Source: Cycas panzhihuaensis
Lineage: Eukaryota > Plantae > Cycadophyta
Direction: 5' to 3'
Length of the DNA stretch: 64,000 nt
Assembly: GCA_023213395.1 (NCBI GenBank)
Contig: CM041465.1
Span: 243,605,741-243,669,740 of the forward strand
Below, one piece after another: positions 1 through 12,450 of the stretch (position 1 is its first letter; the number at the start of each line of letters is the position of its first letter). Below the pieces are notes generated by a model. It was given only the letters and a program-made list of their open reading frames with translations, ran no database searches and was not told the DNA's origin. The position numbers and the translations under genes were made by a program.

Positions 1-380
1 GTCATGAATTCTGTTGGCATCATACGTAAATTTTTAAATTTGCTTCTTAGATTTTGAAACTTATAAGATGTAACTCCTTTATAAATTAACTATAGGGAAT
101 CTCATGCTTCCTTTGACTTTGTTAACTCACTAACTCTTGGGAAAATGTGATCTTCTAATGCACAAAAGATAAGGGCAAGAGCTTTATTATCCTTTTTAAT
201 ATTTTCTTTATAAGTTGTCTTTTCAACATCGGTGGCATTCTAACCTAATTCATTGTAATCTATTCTCACAATCTCCCATATGTTATTAGCGATGAGGATG
301 GGTCTCATCCTTCTACTCTAATTTAGAAAGTCATTACCATCAAACTTAGGAATTATTATGTTTCCAAAGTTTGTTGTCAT
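1..380 (-). pseudogene. Degraded Ty1/copia gag N-terminus, continuing off the left edge of the window
   Basis: Minus-strand translation from ATG at 380 gives MTTNFGNIIIPKFDGNDF..RMRPILIANNIWEIV..KDNKALALIFCALEDHIFPRVSELTKSKEA*DSL..KFQNLRSKF, with stops and a frameshift. This is copia Gag-like and similar to the gag at 46572. Confidence 0.8.
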
Positions 381-3300
381 CTCTTAGCTAAAGTTTTAAA
401 AACTATAGATAAAGTAAAGTTTTCCAAAAGTTTGATTTTGAAAATTAACCCAAGAAGTAATGTTTAAAGTTTTTCCCAAGGTTTTACATGTGTCTTAGTC
501 CCTAACGAGGCTTCTAACCTCTAAGTCCAAGGGTCTCCAAGGGAAACCTTTAGTTATTATCCTGTCTAGTGGCGCCTACCTACAAGTGGTAAAATAGGGA
601 CCCAATATACTGGTATTTGAGCTCTAAGCTCGATATACCTCAGTACATAGGCTACTATGGAGGTTATTACACCCCCTTGAATTATTGGTCTACCTGTGCT
701 AAACTTATGCCTAGTGACAAATCTAGTGATGAAGGTTTTACTAACTAAGGTACTCACCCTTTTTAGGTCTAGTCTTGGTCTCCGAACTCTAAAATATATA
801 GGTTTTCCACCTCGACCTACCATAAATACACCTTATAGCTAATGATTTTCCTCATCCAATATAAGTAGGCCATTTGGCGTGTGTGTGATGGTAATTTCAA
901 GGGTCGTAATTATTCCCCGTGTAAGGCTAGAAAAAATGTAGTAAATTTATGAAATTATCTTTCTTAACGTGACAGTAAATTTTAATTAGATGTGGTCTCA
1001 CTTAATCTCAGTAGGATTCCTTTTATTCAAGGAAATGAAATAAAATAAAAAATAGATCTTTAAGTAAGATGAAATATATCTCAAATGTAAGTATGATGTA
1101 AAACTTTATATGAAGCCACAATTAGAATAAGTAAAAGAATCAAGATACATATTTCTTCTTTTAATAAACCAAAAATAAATACTAATATGCAATCTAATAT
1201 TCTTAAATTAAGATACTCTTATAGAAGTAAAATAATAAAATATATGAACTTGTTTAAAGTGATACACTAAAATAATAGAATCCTTAATCTTTTGGAATAT
1301 ATGAATGAACTTTGAAACAAAAGTTAATCAAAGGACCTTGTAACTATGCTTTTACAAATTTCAAGCTGAAGAAAGAATAAAGCTTTTGATAAAATAAGGA
1401 ACCTCCTTAACTAATATGCCACTTAATGTTACAAGATAATGATAGTGCCAAATAGTTCTTTTATAAGAACATAAATAAACTAGGTGAATCTTATAATTTT
1501 AAGGAGGAATAATGCTTGAAATAATCAAAAGTGCCAAAAAAATAGTCTATATTTGAATGATAATATAAAGAATAAAATAAAAATCAAGATAAATGGTACC
1601 AGTTTGATGTATTACTTCACTTAGGCTTCTTGATCCTTAAAAAGCTAAAATTAATGCCAGAGGCTGCAAATGGTTTATAATCTTTATAAAAAACCAATAA
1701 ATATCTCCAAAAAATTGATTAGTAGTAGATTATACTTAAGTAGAATTAATTTGAATGAAAAAATACTGAAAAGTATTACAAAATGCGTATGTTTAGGGCT
1801 AAATTGGAGCCTTAAATTGATGAGCCTTAAAGTCTTGAAAAATAATTTCAAAATAAGATGAGACTAATTTCAATGTGAAAAGCTCTAAAAATGCTTTCCG
1901 TTAGTTCTTACAGTTTTGAAATCTGAGCTAAAACGATTAAGTTATTGTGAAAATGATGAATAGACCTCCTTAATATAAGTTAAATAAACACTAAAAAAAA
2001 TGTTGAATTTAACTAATTCAAACATAGCTAAAATGGACGCAAATTAGACAAAAGATGATACCAACCTGAAGATCACTGAAATATAATTCCAACAAGACTA
2101 GTTTTGTAGAAAACTAATGCTCCAAGAGAAAGTTATAGTGAAAAATCTGAGAAGTTCTCTTTATGCATTAACGAAATAAAATTTTAAAAAGAAAATAGAT
2201 AATCCCCTTTAGTCAGAAGGAGCACGGTCACATGGGAACCAACGAGATCATTGGCTAAGACCTAAAGGGGGGCTTTGTAATCCAAATCTTATAAAATATG
2301 ATTAATAACTTTAAAAACTAAAATTATAAAAAGTAACATGTAAAGGTTTCAAATCTGCCCCTCAAATAATAAAAAATAACATGGTCTTATGGAGTCCAAT
2401 GTGACCATTGACAATCACATATGGGGATAACTCACTTAACTTACTCAGATTTCAAATGGAAATTAAAAAATATTAAATTTATATTAACCTTTGCAAATGA
2501 AATATAAATCAAAAATATGAAATCTCGTTAAAAATGATGTTACGTGACCTGCGTAGAGGAGGTTATGAGCAAGGAATAAAGGGTAAATAGATGCTGGATT
2601 TCAATCAATCTAATCAATCTCTTACACAGAGAGGAGGGCACCTACAGTACACACTTAACAATCTTCAATCTAACTATAAACAGAGTATAGACAAAGTTAA
2701 ATAATGACATAAATTAGGTAGTCGTCTGGGGTCAAACAAAGGAATGACATTCAGTTGGGGATAGAGAACCTAGAGAAGAGGATATTTGGATACAAATCTC
2801 CACTGAGATGGATTCATAGGGGGCGCCCAAGTAAGATATATCTAATCCAGAGAAAAATACATAGAAATTCTTTTGTTTTAATGAAGAAACAAAAGAAAAT
2901 GATAAATAATGAGGGCATGGTGATTGAGGCAATTCAAACTCTCTACAAGAGATACAACTTCTCACCAAACTTCACGGGTAGCTAGTATCCTAGATAGCAA
3001 AGCACTAGTAAAATTTCATACCAAACAGTTGCTTGTAGGCTGAGAATGAAGCAGTAGAGCAAAACAAACCACAAATTGCAGACTGTGACTCATAGACAGA
3101 TATCTCCTAGCAAAAATAATGAAATCATGTATGGTTTTCATTGATGGCTAGGGGACTTTATCACAATCAAAATATGTAGTCATATGATATTGTTCTTATG
3201 AGTGTGTGAATTGTAGTAATGAGTTTAAGATCAAGTATATTTAGTTTCCAAAAATGAAAAATGAAATATATAAATGAGATTTATATGATATTTTAAAATT

Positions 3301-3799
3301 TATAATGTAGGTGATTTAATAAATTAAGATATCATGCACATACCATAAATACTACTGTAGAACTATTGTAAACCTCTCGAATGTCAACCTAATGCACTTT
3401 GATACAAATATTAGGTTCGAGATATAGAGCAAAAGGATTACAAGTATAAAGACATCATCTTTAAAGTAAAACAATAATCTCTAAATATAAACGATGGTGT
3501 TAGAAAATACCCGGGAGATATTCCCCACCTATAAATAGACATTTTCAGGAGGCAGCAAGTGCCTTAGCCTGACTAAAGTTAAAATTTTAAAAATTATTAA
3601 AATATTAAGTAAATAATTAAATATCTTACTTGAGGTGGTTATGGCAGCTCCATGTCAGTTGCAAGCGGATGTTTGGTGGCACTACATGGCATGAGATAAC
3701 TTTGGGAGGATCAAGGTGGCATTGAGTGGCCCAAAGTTCTCACATACATTTACAAATTGGGCATTATCCCAACAGAGATATAGCCAAATTACTTACTGG

Positions 3800-5200
3800 A
3801 AGGTATACAATTGGATGCAAATGTATCTATAGGAAAAAGTTTAAATTAAATGGATCTATAGATAAATGCAAATCTTGACTTGTAGTGAAAGACTTGAAGT
3901 ATCTAGAAGGGATTGACTTCTAAGAAATATTTGCTTTTATTATAAAAATAAACACCATTCAAATTATTATAATGATAACTTCTTAATTCAGTTGATAACT
4001 ACACTATATGAATGTAAAAAACATATTTTTTTAGTGGGGATTTATATAAAGAAGTCTACATGGAGTAACCACTTGTCTTTGATGAAAAAGGTCAAGAGAA
4101 CTTGGTATGCTAACTCAAAAACACTTTGTATGGCCTAAAATTGGCTTCTAAAGCCTAGCATAAAGAAAATTAATTAGTGTTTTCTAAAGAATAGATTTGA
4201 GAGATCTCTAGCTAACTCAAACATTCATGTTTATGGTGTTATACATTGATAAATTACTAATCACAAGTAATGATATCATAATGATATTAAACTTGAAAGG
4301 ATATTTAAGTCATTTCTTTGATATAGTAAATCTTGGAACTTCACACTACTTCCTTAGGATGGAAGTATGACAAAGGCCTAAACATGTCTTCATATCACAT
4401 GCAAAGTATACCTACAAAATTCTAAAGAAATTTAGAATGGATAATTGTTAACTTCTTCCTACCTCCATGAAGGTTAATTCTTGATTAAAAACTAAAAATG
4501 GTTGAGTAAATAATGATTCTACTTGTATAAGCAACTAGTGGGAAGTCTAATATACTTAATTCCTACTAGACTTGATATTTCTTTTATACTTAAAATGGTA
4601 TATAGATTTATGGCAATGCTAAAATAGAGTCATTGAAAATCTATAAAAAGGATCCTTAAATATTTGAAAATAATGATTCAATATGGACTCAAATTCCATT
4701 ATAATGATGATTTCACGTTAACAAGATTTATAAATTTTTATTAGGCCAAATGTATAAATAATAGAAGGTTAACTTTTGGATATTATTTTAGTTTGGGATT
4801 AGCTACCATTACATGGAGTAATAAAAAGTGATCAAATATTATTTTATCCTTAACTAAAGTAGAATACAAGGCTATAATTATAGTAGCTATTGAAGTCATT
4901 TGGTTATAATAGATTCTAGAGGACATGGGACTACTATAATTGGAACTAATTATCTTTTACTATAATAATTAGAGTACCTTGAAGATTGTGGAGAATCCTG
5001 TTTACCATACTCACATGAATACATTGAGGTACACTATCATTTTATTCAAGAATTGATTGAAAATGGTGTAATAGAGATGGTGTATAGGCCAATAGAAGAA
5101 TAGTTGGCTAGCATCTTTACCAAACTATTAGGATGTAAAAGATTTCAAACTTTTTGAGATGATTTAGATGTCAGAAAAAATGAAATAAATATTAATGGAT
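3800..5200 (+). mobile_element. Heavily degraded Ty1/copia RT-RNase H fragment, probably followed by a 3' LTR from ~5203
   Basis: Remnant motifs NGSIDKCK (DGSIDKYK), MNVKNIF (MDVKNAFL), LYIDK (LYVDD), YKQLVGSLIYL, HIEVHYHFIQE and QLASIFTK-like, with many stops. Confidence 0.8.
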
Positions 5201-5370
5201 AGTATTGATGTCAATGTTTATTTTATAGATCAGAACATAGATTACAAGATTCCTCTTAAATTTTATGCTTTATTATATTCTAGGATTATTATATTGTAAT
5301 GTGAGTGATGAGTCATTGGGGGTTGTAACTCTCATATCATATATGTCTCAAAGGTAGGAATTAGATTCCA

Positions 5371-5376
<6 letters not shown>

Positions 5377-5411
<35 letters not shown>

Positions 5412-5413
5412 CA
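5377..5413. repeat. (AT)n microsatellite
   Basis: Direct dinucleotide run. Confidence 0.9.
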
Positions 5414-6978
5414 TATTGTGTATTATTATTTTTTAATGAGAGGTAATGTTACTTTGAGATTTCATCAATAATATGAATTGAATATTCATATTAACTTGAT
5501 ACTTAATCTTGTAATGTTAGGTCTGTATTCCTATTAGATAAAATATTTAACAACTCACAAAGAGGAGATAGGATTTTCTATAAGGCATATAGTTACATTC
5601 TTAAATAGAAAATAGAAGGTAAATGGGGTTAGGGAACTTATAATTAGGATAATTATAAGCATAACAAAAGAATTTAAAATATAGATATTATAACTTATTA
5701 GGTAAGTAGTCTTGGGCCCATAGTTTAGATCTAAATTATAGGCCAAAACCATATATATTACCCATGGATTTGGTCTAATAAAAATACATAAAGCATTAAA
5801 GACCAAGTCTTCAAGAAGGGAAAAAGTTATTTATTTTTATATTGATTCTTCCTCTTCATGCCAAATCTTTTAGATCTTTCCCCTTAAATCTTCATCTTAG
5901 AGTAACTCTTCATATTTCTCTAAAAATAATATTTTCATTTCTACTCATATTTTATTTGAAATTATATGAGAATTCATGGTCTTGTATAGCCCCCAACAAA
6001 ATGGTATCAGATAGTAGAAAAATTGTACCATGATGGAGATGGAAAGATGTATGGTATATGCATGGAATTTTTTACAAAACTATTAGACATAAGTTGTATG
6101 GATAATTATTCATGTGTTGAACTAAGTACTAATAAAAGTAGTCAATGGCATGATGCCAAAAGAGAAATAGATTGGTTAGAAACTTTTTATTGATTATTTT
6201 AGAGTCTTTAAATGAATTGCATATGCACATATCCTTAAGGATAAACATAAGAAGATGGATCATAAGAGTCAAAAATCTATCTTTATGGGGTATTGTAATT
6301 TTAAAAAAAGGGGGATTGATTATAGGAACTAAAATTGAACAACCCTTAGGTTAGTTAGGATATTCATCTTGATGAGTTAATGATGTATCATATTGCAAGT
6401 ATCACATTTAAAAAAGTTTTTGACTTGATATTACTACCAAATTATTTATGGTTATATACTAAATCTAAGGATAAGAGTAAGGAGGAAATCTTTTGGAGCT
6501 GCGAATGGAGACGCTGCGACTATCCGTAGCTAGGGTTTTCGGTAGGCGGGGACGGAGGTGGTGATCCAGGCGTCCTTGGAATGATGAAGGAGCTGGACGT
6601 CGTATTTCATTTGAAGCCCACGGGCTCTTAATCTTCTTTTCTTTGCCCTTGTTCGAGCTATGGCAGCGGGGTAAGAAGCAAATTTGCGTGGCGACCAGGC
6701 GCTTCTCTCTCTGGGACAGAGTTATTGCTATCTAGAGGCGGCCCTCTTCCCTCTCCTTGCTTTGTCTTTCATCCTCTGCGAAGGCCTCCTGTTATGGTCA
6801 GAAAGGACGCCTTATCCTCTTGGGGAGGAGGTTAGAGCTGGTGTTCAGAGTGGTAGACAGTTCGGGGCTCTGGATAAATACGACAAATAGACGTGCTGGC
6901 CCTAGAGGAGCTCCAATCATTCGGTATGTTATTGCACTGCTGTTCAGAGTTTTTCTCTAGTTAGTAAATAATTCTAAA

Positions 6979-8309
6979 ATGGAAAAAGATCACATTCTTG
7001 AGCAGAACCAAAGGCCTTATCCTGGGAAAACTTATAAAGAGGTCCTGAAATCTAATGAGGAAGTATCTTTTGATTTAACCCCGGTGTACGAAGACAACAA
7101 AGTAAGACTGAAAATTCCCCTTGCACTGGCTGAAAAAATGGAGAAACTATGGGAGAACTGCCTTGTTGGCAGGTTCTCGGGTCCCAGACCAGGTTTGGAG
7201 CCCATTAGGGTTTGGATGAGGTCAAAATGGAAAACATCGAGCAATGTTGAGGTAATAGCCATGCCCAAGGGCTGTGTGCTATTTAAATTTGCTTCATATG
7301 AAGATATGGCTAGCATTCTGATCAGGGCACCATGGATGTTTGGTAGAAAAGCGTTATATCTGGAGAAATGGCACAGGGGTTTTGACCCCTCGACTCCAAA
7401 AATTAAGCAAGCCCCTATTTGGATCCAACTACCAGGGTTGCCGCTTCACCATTGGAACCTGGAGGTATTTAATGGGATCGCGAAGGCGGTTGGCCCCCTC
7501 CTAGCAGTTGATTCGGCAACGAAAAAGCGAGCGTGCTTATTAACGCTTAATTTGTGCCTTGGTGAGGTTAGATAAGCCTTTATTAGACGATATATGGATG
7601 GACCTCCCTGATGAAACCTGGGTTCAACCTTTGCTTTACGAGCTAGATCACTTTAGATGCTCAACATGTAGAAACCTGGGACATCTGCCCCAGAAGTGCC
7701 CGGGTATGCAACCCCCAAAAGAAGCTCCAGTAGAGACAGACAAACAGGAGGAAGGATTAGTGGGGGGGCAAGTTTGCCCTGGCCGATTGGAGGCAGCGGA
7801 TACTCCTCTTCAAAACTTAGGCTTTGATCCAAATGAGGAGGACACGTTGCTTGAGGAGGATGCACATACGGCTCAGGTCGTTGTGGACCCAAAGGGCCTG
7901 GACGAAGAGGATGGGGCCTCGGAACACCTCAAAAAGGGGGATGTTACGCTGACTCAAAATGTCTCGCCAAAGCCTTGGAGGCATCTGGAGAGAGTGATGG
8001 AAAAGGGGACGGATATCCCCCCGCTGATTGTTGGCCGCCTTGCAGAGGGGACGGGGGCCAGACCGCCTGCCTTGCCCAGAGGAATCAGGACAGGCAATAC
8101 TTGACTCAACCTTGCAGATGCCTCAAAAGAAGCCGGATGTAGGTGTTGAGAAGCGGGTTGGTAGACCCCCGCTAAAAGTCCAAAGGGAGAAGGATTCGGC
8201 TGCCCAAGTTGATCTTGGTACGCAGAAAACTCTGAAAGATTCATTCCTTGAGGGGCCTACCCTCAGATCAAGACAAGATGGCAGAGCCCCTAAAAGGGGA
8301 GGCGGCTGA
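6979..8309 (+). pseudogene. LINE ORF1 (DUF4283/RRM-like plus CX2CX4HX4C zinc knuckle), frameshifted
   Basis: ORFs 6979-7575 (LWENCLVGRF..APWMF..PIWIQLPGLPLHHW), 7559-8104 (CSTCRNLGHLPQKC) and 8028-8309 (KRVGRPP..GTQKTL). Confidence 0.9.
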
Positions 8310-8333
8310 GGTCTGGAAACAAAGGAAGAAGAG

Positions 8334-11300
8334 ATGAAAATTCTCTCATGGAACATCAGGGGCCTCAATGCCCCTTCAAAACAAAGAATCATCAGAGATA
8401 TGAGAAGAAGACATCAACCGGACTTGTTATTTCTTCAAGAAATAAAACTAAATAAAGAGAATGGGCCCAAGATTAGGAGCAAAATTTGGAAGCAAGCTGA
8501 TGGCATCGAGGTGGATTATGCCCAAGGTAGAGGGGGTCTGATGGTTTTATGGGACCCATCAATCTGGTTGGGTGAAATTTTTCTGATAGAAGACTCTTTC
8601 ATTTCGGTTCGGTTAAGCGTAAATAATAACATCTCATGGATTGCCACTAATGTGTACGCCCCAAACCTTCAAGAAGCTAGAAAGTGTCTTTGGGCTAGAT
8701 TGATTGAAGCCCACAGGGCCTGCCATCTCCCATGGCTTTTGGCGGGCGATTTCAACTCGGCCCTTTGCCCTGGTGATAAGAGAGGGGGCACTGAGGGCTG
8801 GACTACAAGTATGAGTGACTTTAGTGAAATTTTGCAATAGGGGGGGTTAGAGGATGTTAACCTTAGGGGTACCTCCTTCACCTGGACCAATAAAAGGCTG
8901 GGGAACAACCTTATCCAAATCAGACTGGATAGGGTGTTGGTAAATTTTGACTGGATAGGGTGTTGGTAAATTTTGACTGGGTGAGGTGCTTTAAGGATTT
9001 CACCCTCAAAGCCTTGCCGAGAATCAGTTCTGATCACTCGCCCCTCTTCGAACTTCTCGATTCCCGAAGTTTATTGGGGCCCCGTTCAGATTTGAGTTGA
9101 TGTGGCTCTGTCACCCGGATCTTAGGTGTAGAATGGAGGAATGGTGGAGCATCGATATAGAAGGACATGCTATGTATAGATTTTCCAAGAAGCTCGACTG
9201 GGTAAAAAGGAATGTCAAAATCTGGAATAAGGAAATCTTTCAAAATATAAACGACCGAAAGGAGAGGACTTTCCAGGACCTGAAGGATATTGAGGATCAG
9301 ATCGAGCGGTTGGGCAGATCTCCAGAGATGGACAAGGTAGAAAAGGAGCTGACTGAGTCCCTGGAGGAAATCCTCTCTAGGGAGGAAATCCACTAGAGGC
9401 AGAAATCTAGGGCTCTGTGGCTGGCGGAAGGAGACAGAAATACAAAATTCTTCCACATGACTATTGTTAAACATAGAGCAAATAACAGAATCAACAAGCT
9501 TCATAGCGTTGATGGCTATGAAGTTAACTCGACTGAAGATATGAAGGAGGTGGCTAGGGATTATTTCAAGGAGCTATTTGCGGAGCCGACAGATGGGGAC
9601 ATGGAATTGAGGAAGGAATTCCTCAATAACATCCCCTGCCTTGTGAATGATGCCCAAAACGCCCAGATTACAGCTCCCTTCTCTCAGGAAGAGGTGAAGG
9701 TGGCGCTTTTCAGTATGAAGAGAGATAAAGCGCCTGGCCCTGACGGCTTCCCCCCGGGGTTCTTCCAAGAATTTTGGGATATTATCAAGGGAGACTACAT
9801 GGATGCGCTCCAAGAATTTTACGTGAACAGGAAGATCTTACAGGAGTGGCAGACTACCTTCCTGGTTCTTATTCCTAAGAAAGAGGGAGCAGAAAGGATG
9901 GAGGACTTTCGGCCTATAAGCCTCTGCAATGTCAAATATAAAATCTTAACAAAGGTTTTGGTGAATAGGTTAAAGCAAATTATGCCAAACATCATCTCAC
10001 AGAACCAAGATGGGTTTCTCCGGGGGAGACAGATATACGATGGGTACATCGTTGTCCATGAAACCATTCACTCTGCGGCAGAGAGGAAGGAGTCTGCGAT
10101 GCTTATAAAGATTGATCTCTCGAAGGCCTTTGATAGGGTCTCCTAGGGTATGCCTTGATTGCCTAAAGGCTTTTGGCTTTGGAGGCGTGGCGCTCTTGGA
10201 TAAAACTATGTATTGGAAATCCTCAGTTCTCCGTTATTATTAATGGTTCGTCTTCCTGCTTCTTCCCAGGATTTAGAGGGCTGAGGCAGGGCGACCCGCT
10301 CTCTCCCTTCCTGTTTATCACCATGGCGGAGTTGTTGGGCAGATCCCTAGAGTCCTTGAGGAGACAGGGGGCTATAACTAGTATAAAGATGACATCGGGA
10401 GTGGACAATGTGGCCCACCACCAATTCGTGGACGACAATATCTTCCTTGGGAAACCTACAATTAAAGAGGCCACCAACTTCAAAGAGTTCCTGGGCCATT
10501 TTGAAAAGGCCACGAATCAAAAGATAAATCTGAATAAGAGCAATGTTTATTTTTTAAATACTCCAGGCTGTATTCAAGGTAGGATCAGCAGATGCCTGGA
10601 GATGGGCATTAGAAAACTCCCCACTACCTACCTCGGCCTTCCTCTTTTCGTTGGAAAGATGGCCAAGGAAATGTGGAACCCTCTTATTGACAGGTTGCAA
10701 AGAAAGCTGGCCGGATTTAAAGGTGCACTCTTAAGTCAAGCTGGAAAACTCCAACTGGTAGCCTCCACGCTACAGAGCATCCCAGTTTTCTGGATGTCCA
10801 TTTTTAGAGTCCCGGTATCTCGGATATCATCGAATCTATCCAAAAAGGTTCCTCCGGGCTCGAAACCAGGGACGAATTCATTTAGTCACCGGAGCAAGGT
10901 CTCAGAGGCCTTTGAAATGGGTAGGGGCCTTAACACGAGAAGACTTCCTCTCTCCAATGCAGCTCTAGGAGCCAAGTTGGGGTGGCATCTGCTTAAAGGG
11001 GGGGGGAGGCTCTGGGAGAAGATCCTAACTAGGAAGTACGTGCAGGGCGGATCCTTGGTCAGAATGATGTCTCTCAAGTCAGCTCATCCATCTGGAGGGG
11101 TATTCTGAAAGCTTGGAATGCTTTAAGGTGTGGACTGAGATGGAGGCTCGGAGATGGGAACACCATCAGATTCTGGGAGGATGCATGGTGCAGTGACGTT
11201 ACGCTAAAGGATCATCCAGATCTGGAACCCTTAATGGGTCCATGTGTTAGGATCTATGGTAGTCATGTGAAGGACTATTGGGAAGGAAGCGGAGATAGCA

Positions 11301-12450
11301 GGACTTGGAAGACCCTAGAGGAGATTCAAGGGGATAGAGTGCAAGAAGGCATTAGCAAGATCAAAAGTATGCTTGGCAAGTGTTACATCCCTAGATTCCC
11401 TACTAGGACTCGATAGTGTGGCCCCGAGCCGTCCGGTCTACTACGTAAGCAAGGGTATCTATACTTGTGTCAAGCAAGAGGGGACCAGAGAAACCCTATC
11501 CTCGAGGGGGTCTGGAAGCTCCCTATCATTCCGAAGATTGTTGTTTTTTTGTGGACCTATTTGAGAAATAAAATTCTTACAGCTGATAACCTAAAAAAAA
11601 GAGGGTTTACGCTGGCAAACAGATGTACTTTATGCTACTCGGAGGAAGAGTCTATGGACCACATCTTTTTGGAGTGCTCTTACACAAGGGAGGTATGGAA
11701 AATGCTGCTGGGAAAACTCGAGGTAAATTGGATATTCTCGGAGAAGATATCGGATCTTTGGCTGGCCTAGAGAAGCCCATTCAGGAGCAGGACGTTGAGT
11801 TGCATATGGACTAGTGCTCTTAGATCCTAGCACGGAACATATGGAAAGAAAGGAACCGTAGAATCTTCCAGCAAAATGGATGGACCGACTACTATTTATT
11901 GTAGAATTTGTGCGTAAATAAGAGAGAACGTCGATCAGTGAAAGAAAAACCCATGCTTGGGCCAGAGAGAAGGATTCTGAGCAAGTGGGATATTGTTCCT
12001 ACTTTCGGGGGGGAAAAGAATAAAGATATCAAGTGGTTGCCTCCTGAGGAGACATGGGTCAAGATAAACTTTGATGGTGCAAAGAAAGGGAATCCCGGCC
12101 GGGGAGGTATTTGTAGAGACCATTCTGGGTCTACCCTTTGGGCCTTTGCAGAATTCTATGACTGCCAGACAAACCACTATGCAGAGATGCACGCTATGCT
12201 CAAAGCTCTTGACCTTGCGGTGGAAGGTAATTATCAGAAAGTGATTATTGAGGGAGATTCTGAGGTTGCGGTGAAATCCTTGAAAGAGGAGGTTATTCCA
12301 GATTAGAGATTCCAACTTTTATTTAATGGTGCCAAGGAAATCATTAAGAGGTCGCGATGTCTCAGATTAGGCATACTCTGAGAGAAGGAAATAAACCAGC
12401 AGATTTTCTGGCAAATTGGGGAGTGAGACAAAGGGCAGGACAAATATGGA
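8334..12450 (+). pseudogene. LINE ORF2 (APE endonuclease, reverse transcriptase, zf-RVT, RNase H) with stops and frameshifts
   Basis: EN: MKILSWNIRGLN, LQE, NVYAP, GDFN, SDH. RT: KAPGPDG, FRPISLCN, KIDLSKAFDRV, GLRQGDPLSP, QFVDD, YLGLP. zf-RVT: CTLC..ESMDHIFLEC. RNase H: KINFDGA..AE..IEGDS. Confidence 0.93.
8923..8980 (+). repeat. 26-bp tandem duplication inside the LINE endonuclease domain
   Basis: GACTGGATAGGGTGTTGGTAAATTTT twice, followed by GACTGG. Confidence 0.9.

Noticed and set aside
566-3700. Short ORFs, a TGGCGCC PBS-like site (~570) and a PPT+TGT-like site (~2263-2280)
   Set aside because: Probably TE-derived, but I could not identify paired LTRs or protein motifs.
5991-6012. Apparent LTR end plus PBS (CAACA-AAA-TGGTATCAGA)
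   Set aside because: It reads in frame as the integrase motif LYSPQQNGI with flanking integrase homology, so it is coding remnant rather than a PBS.
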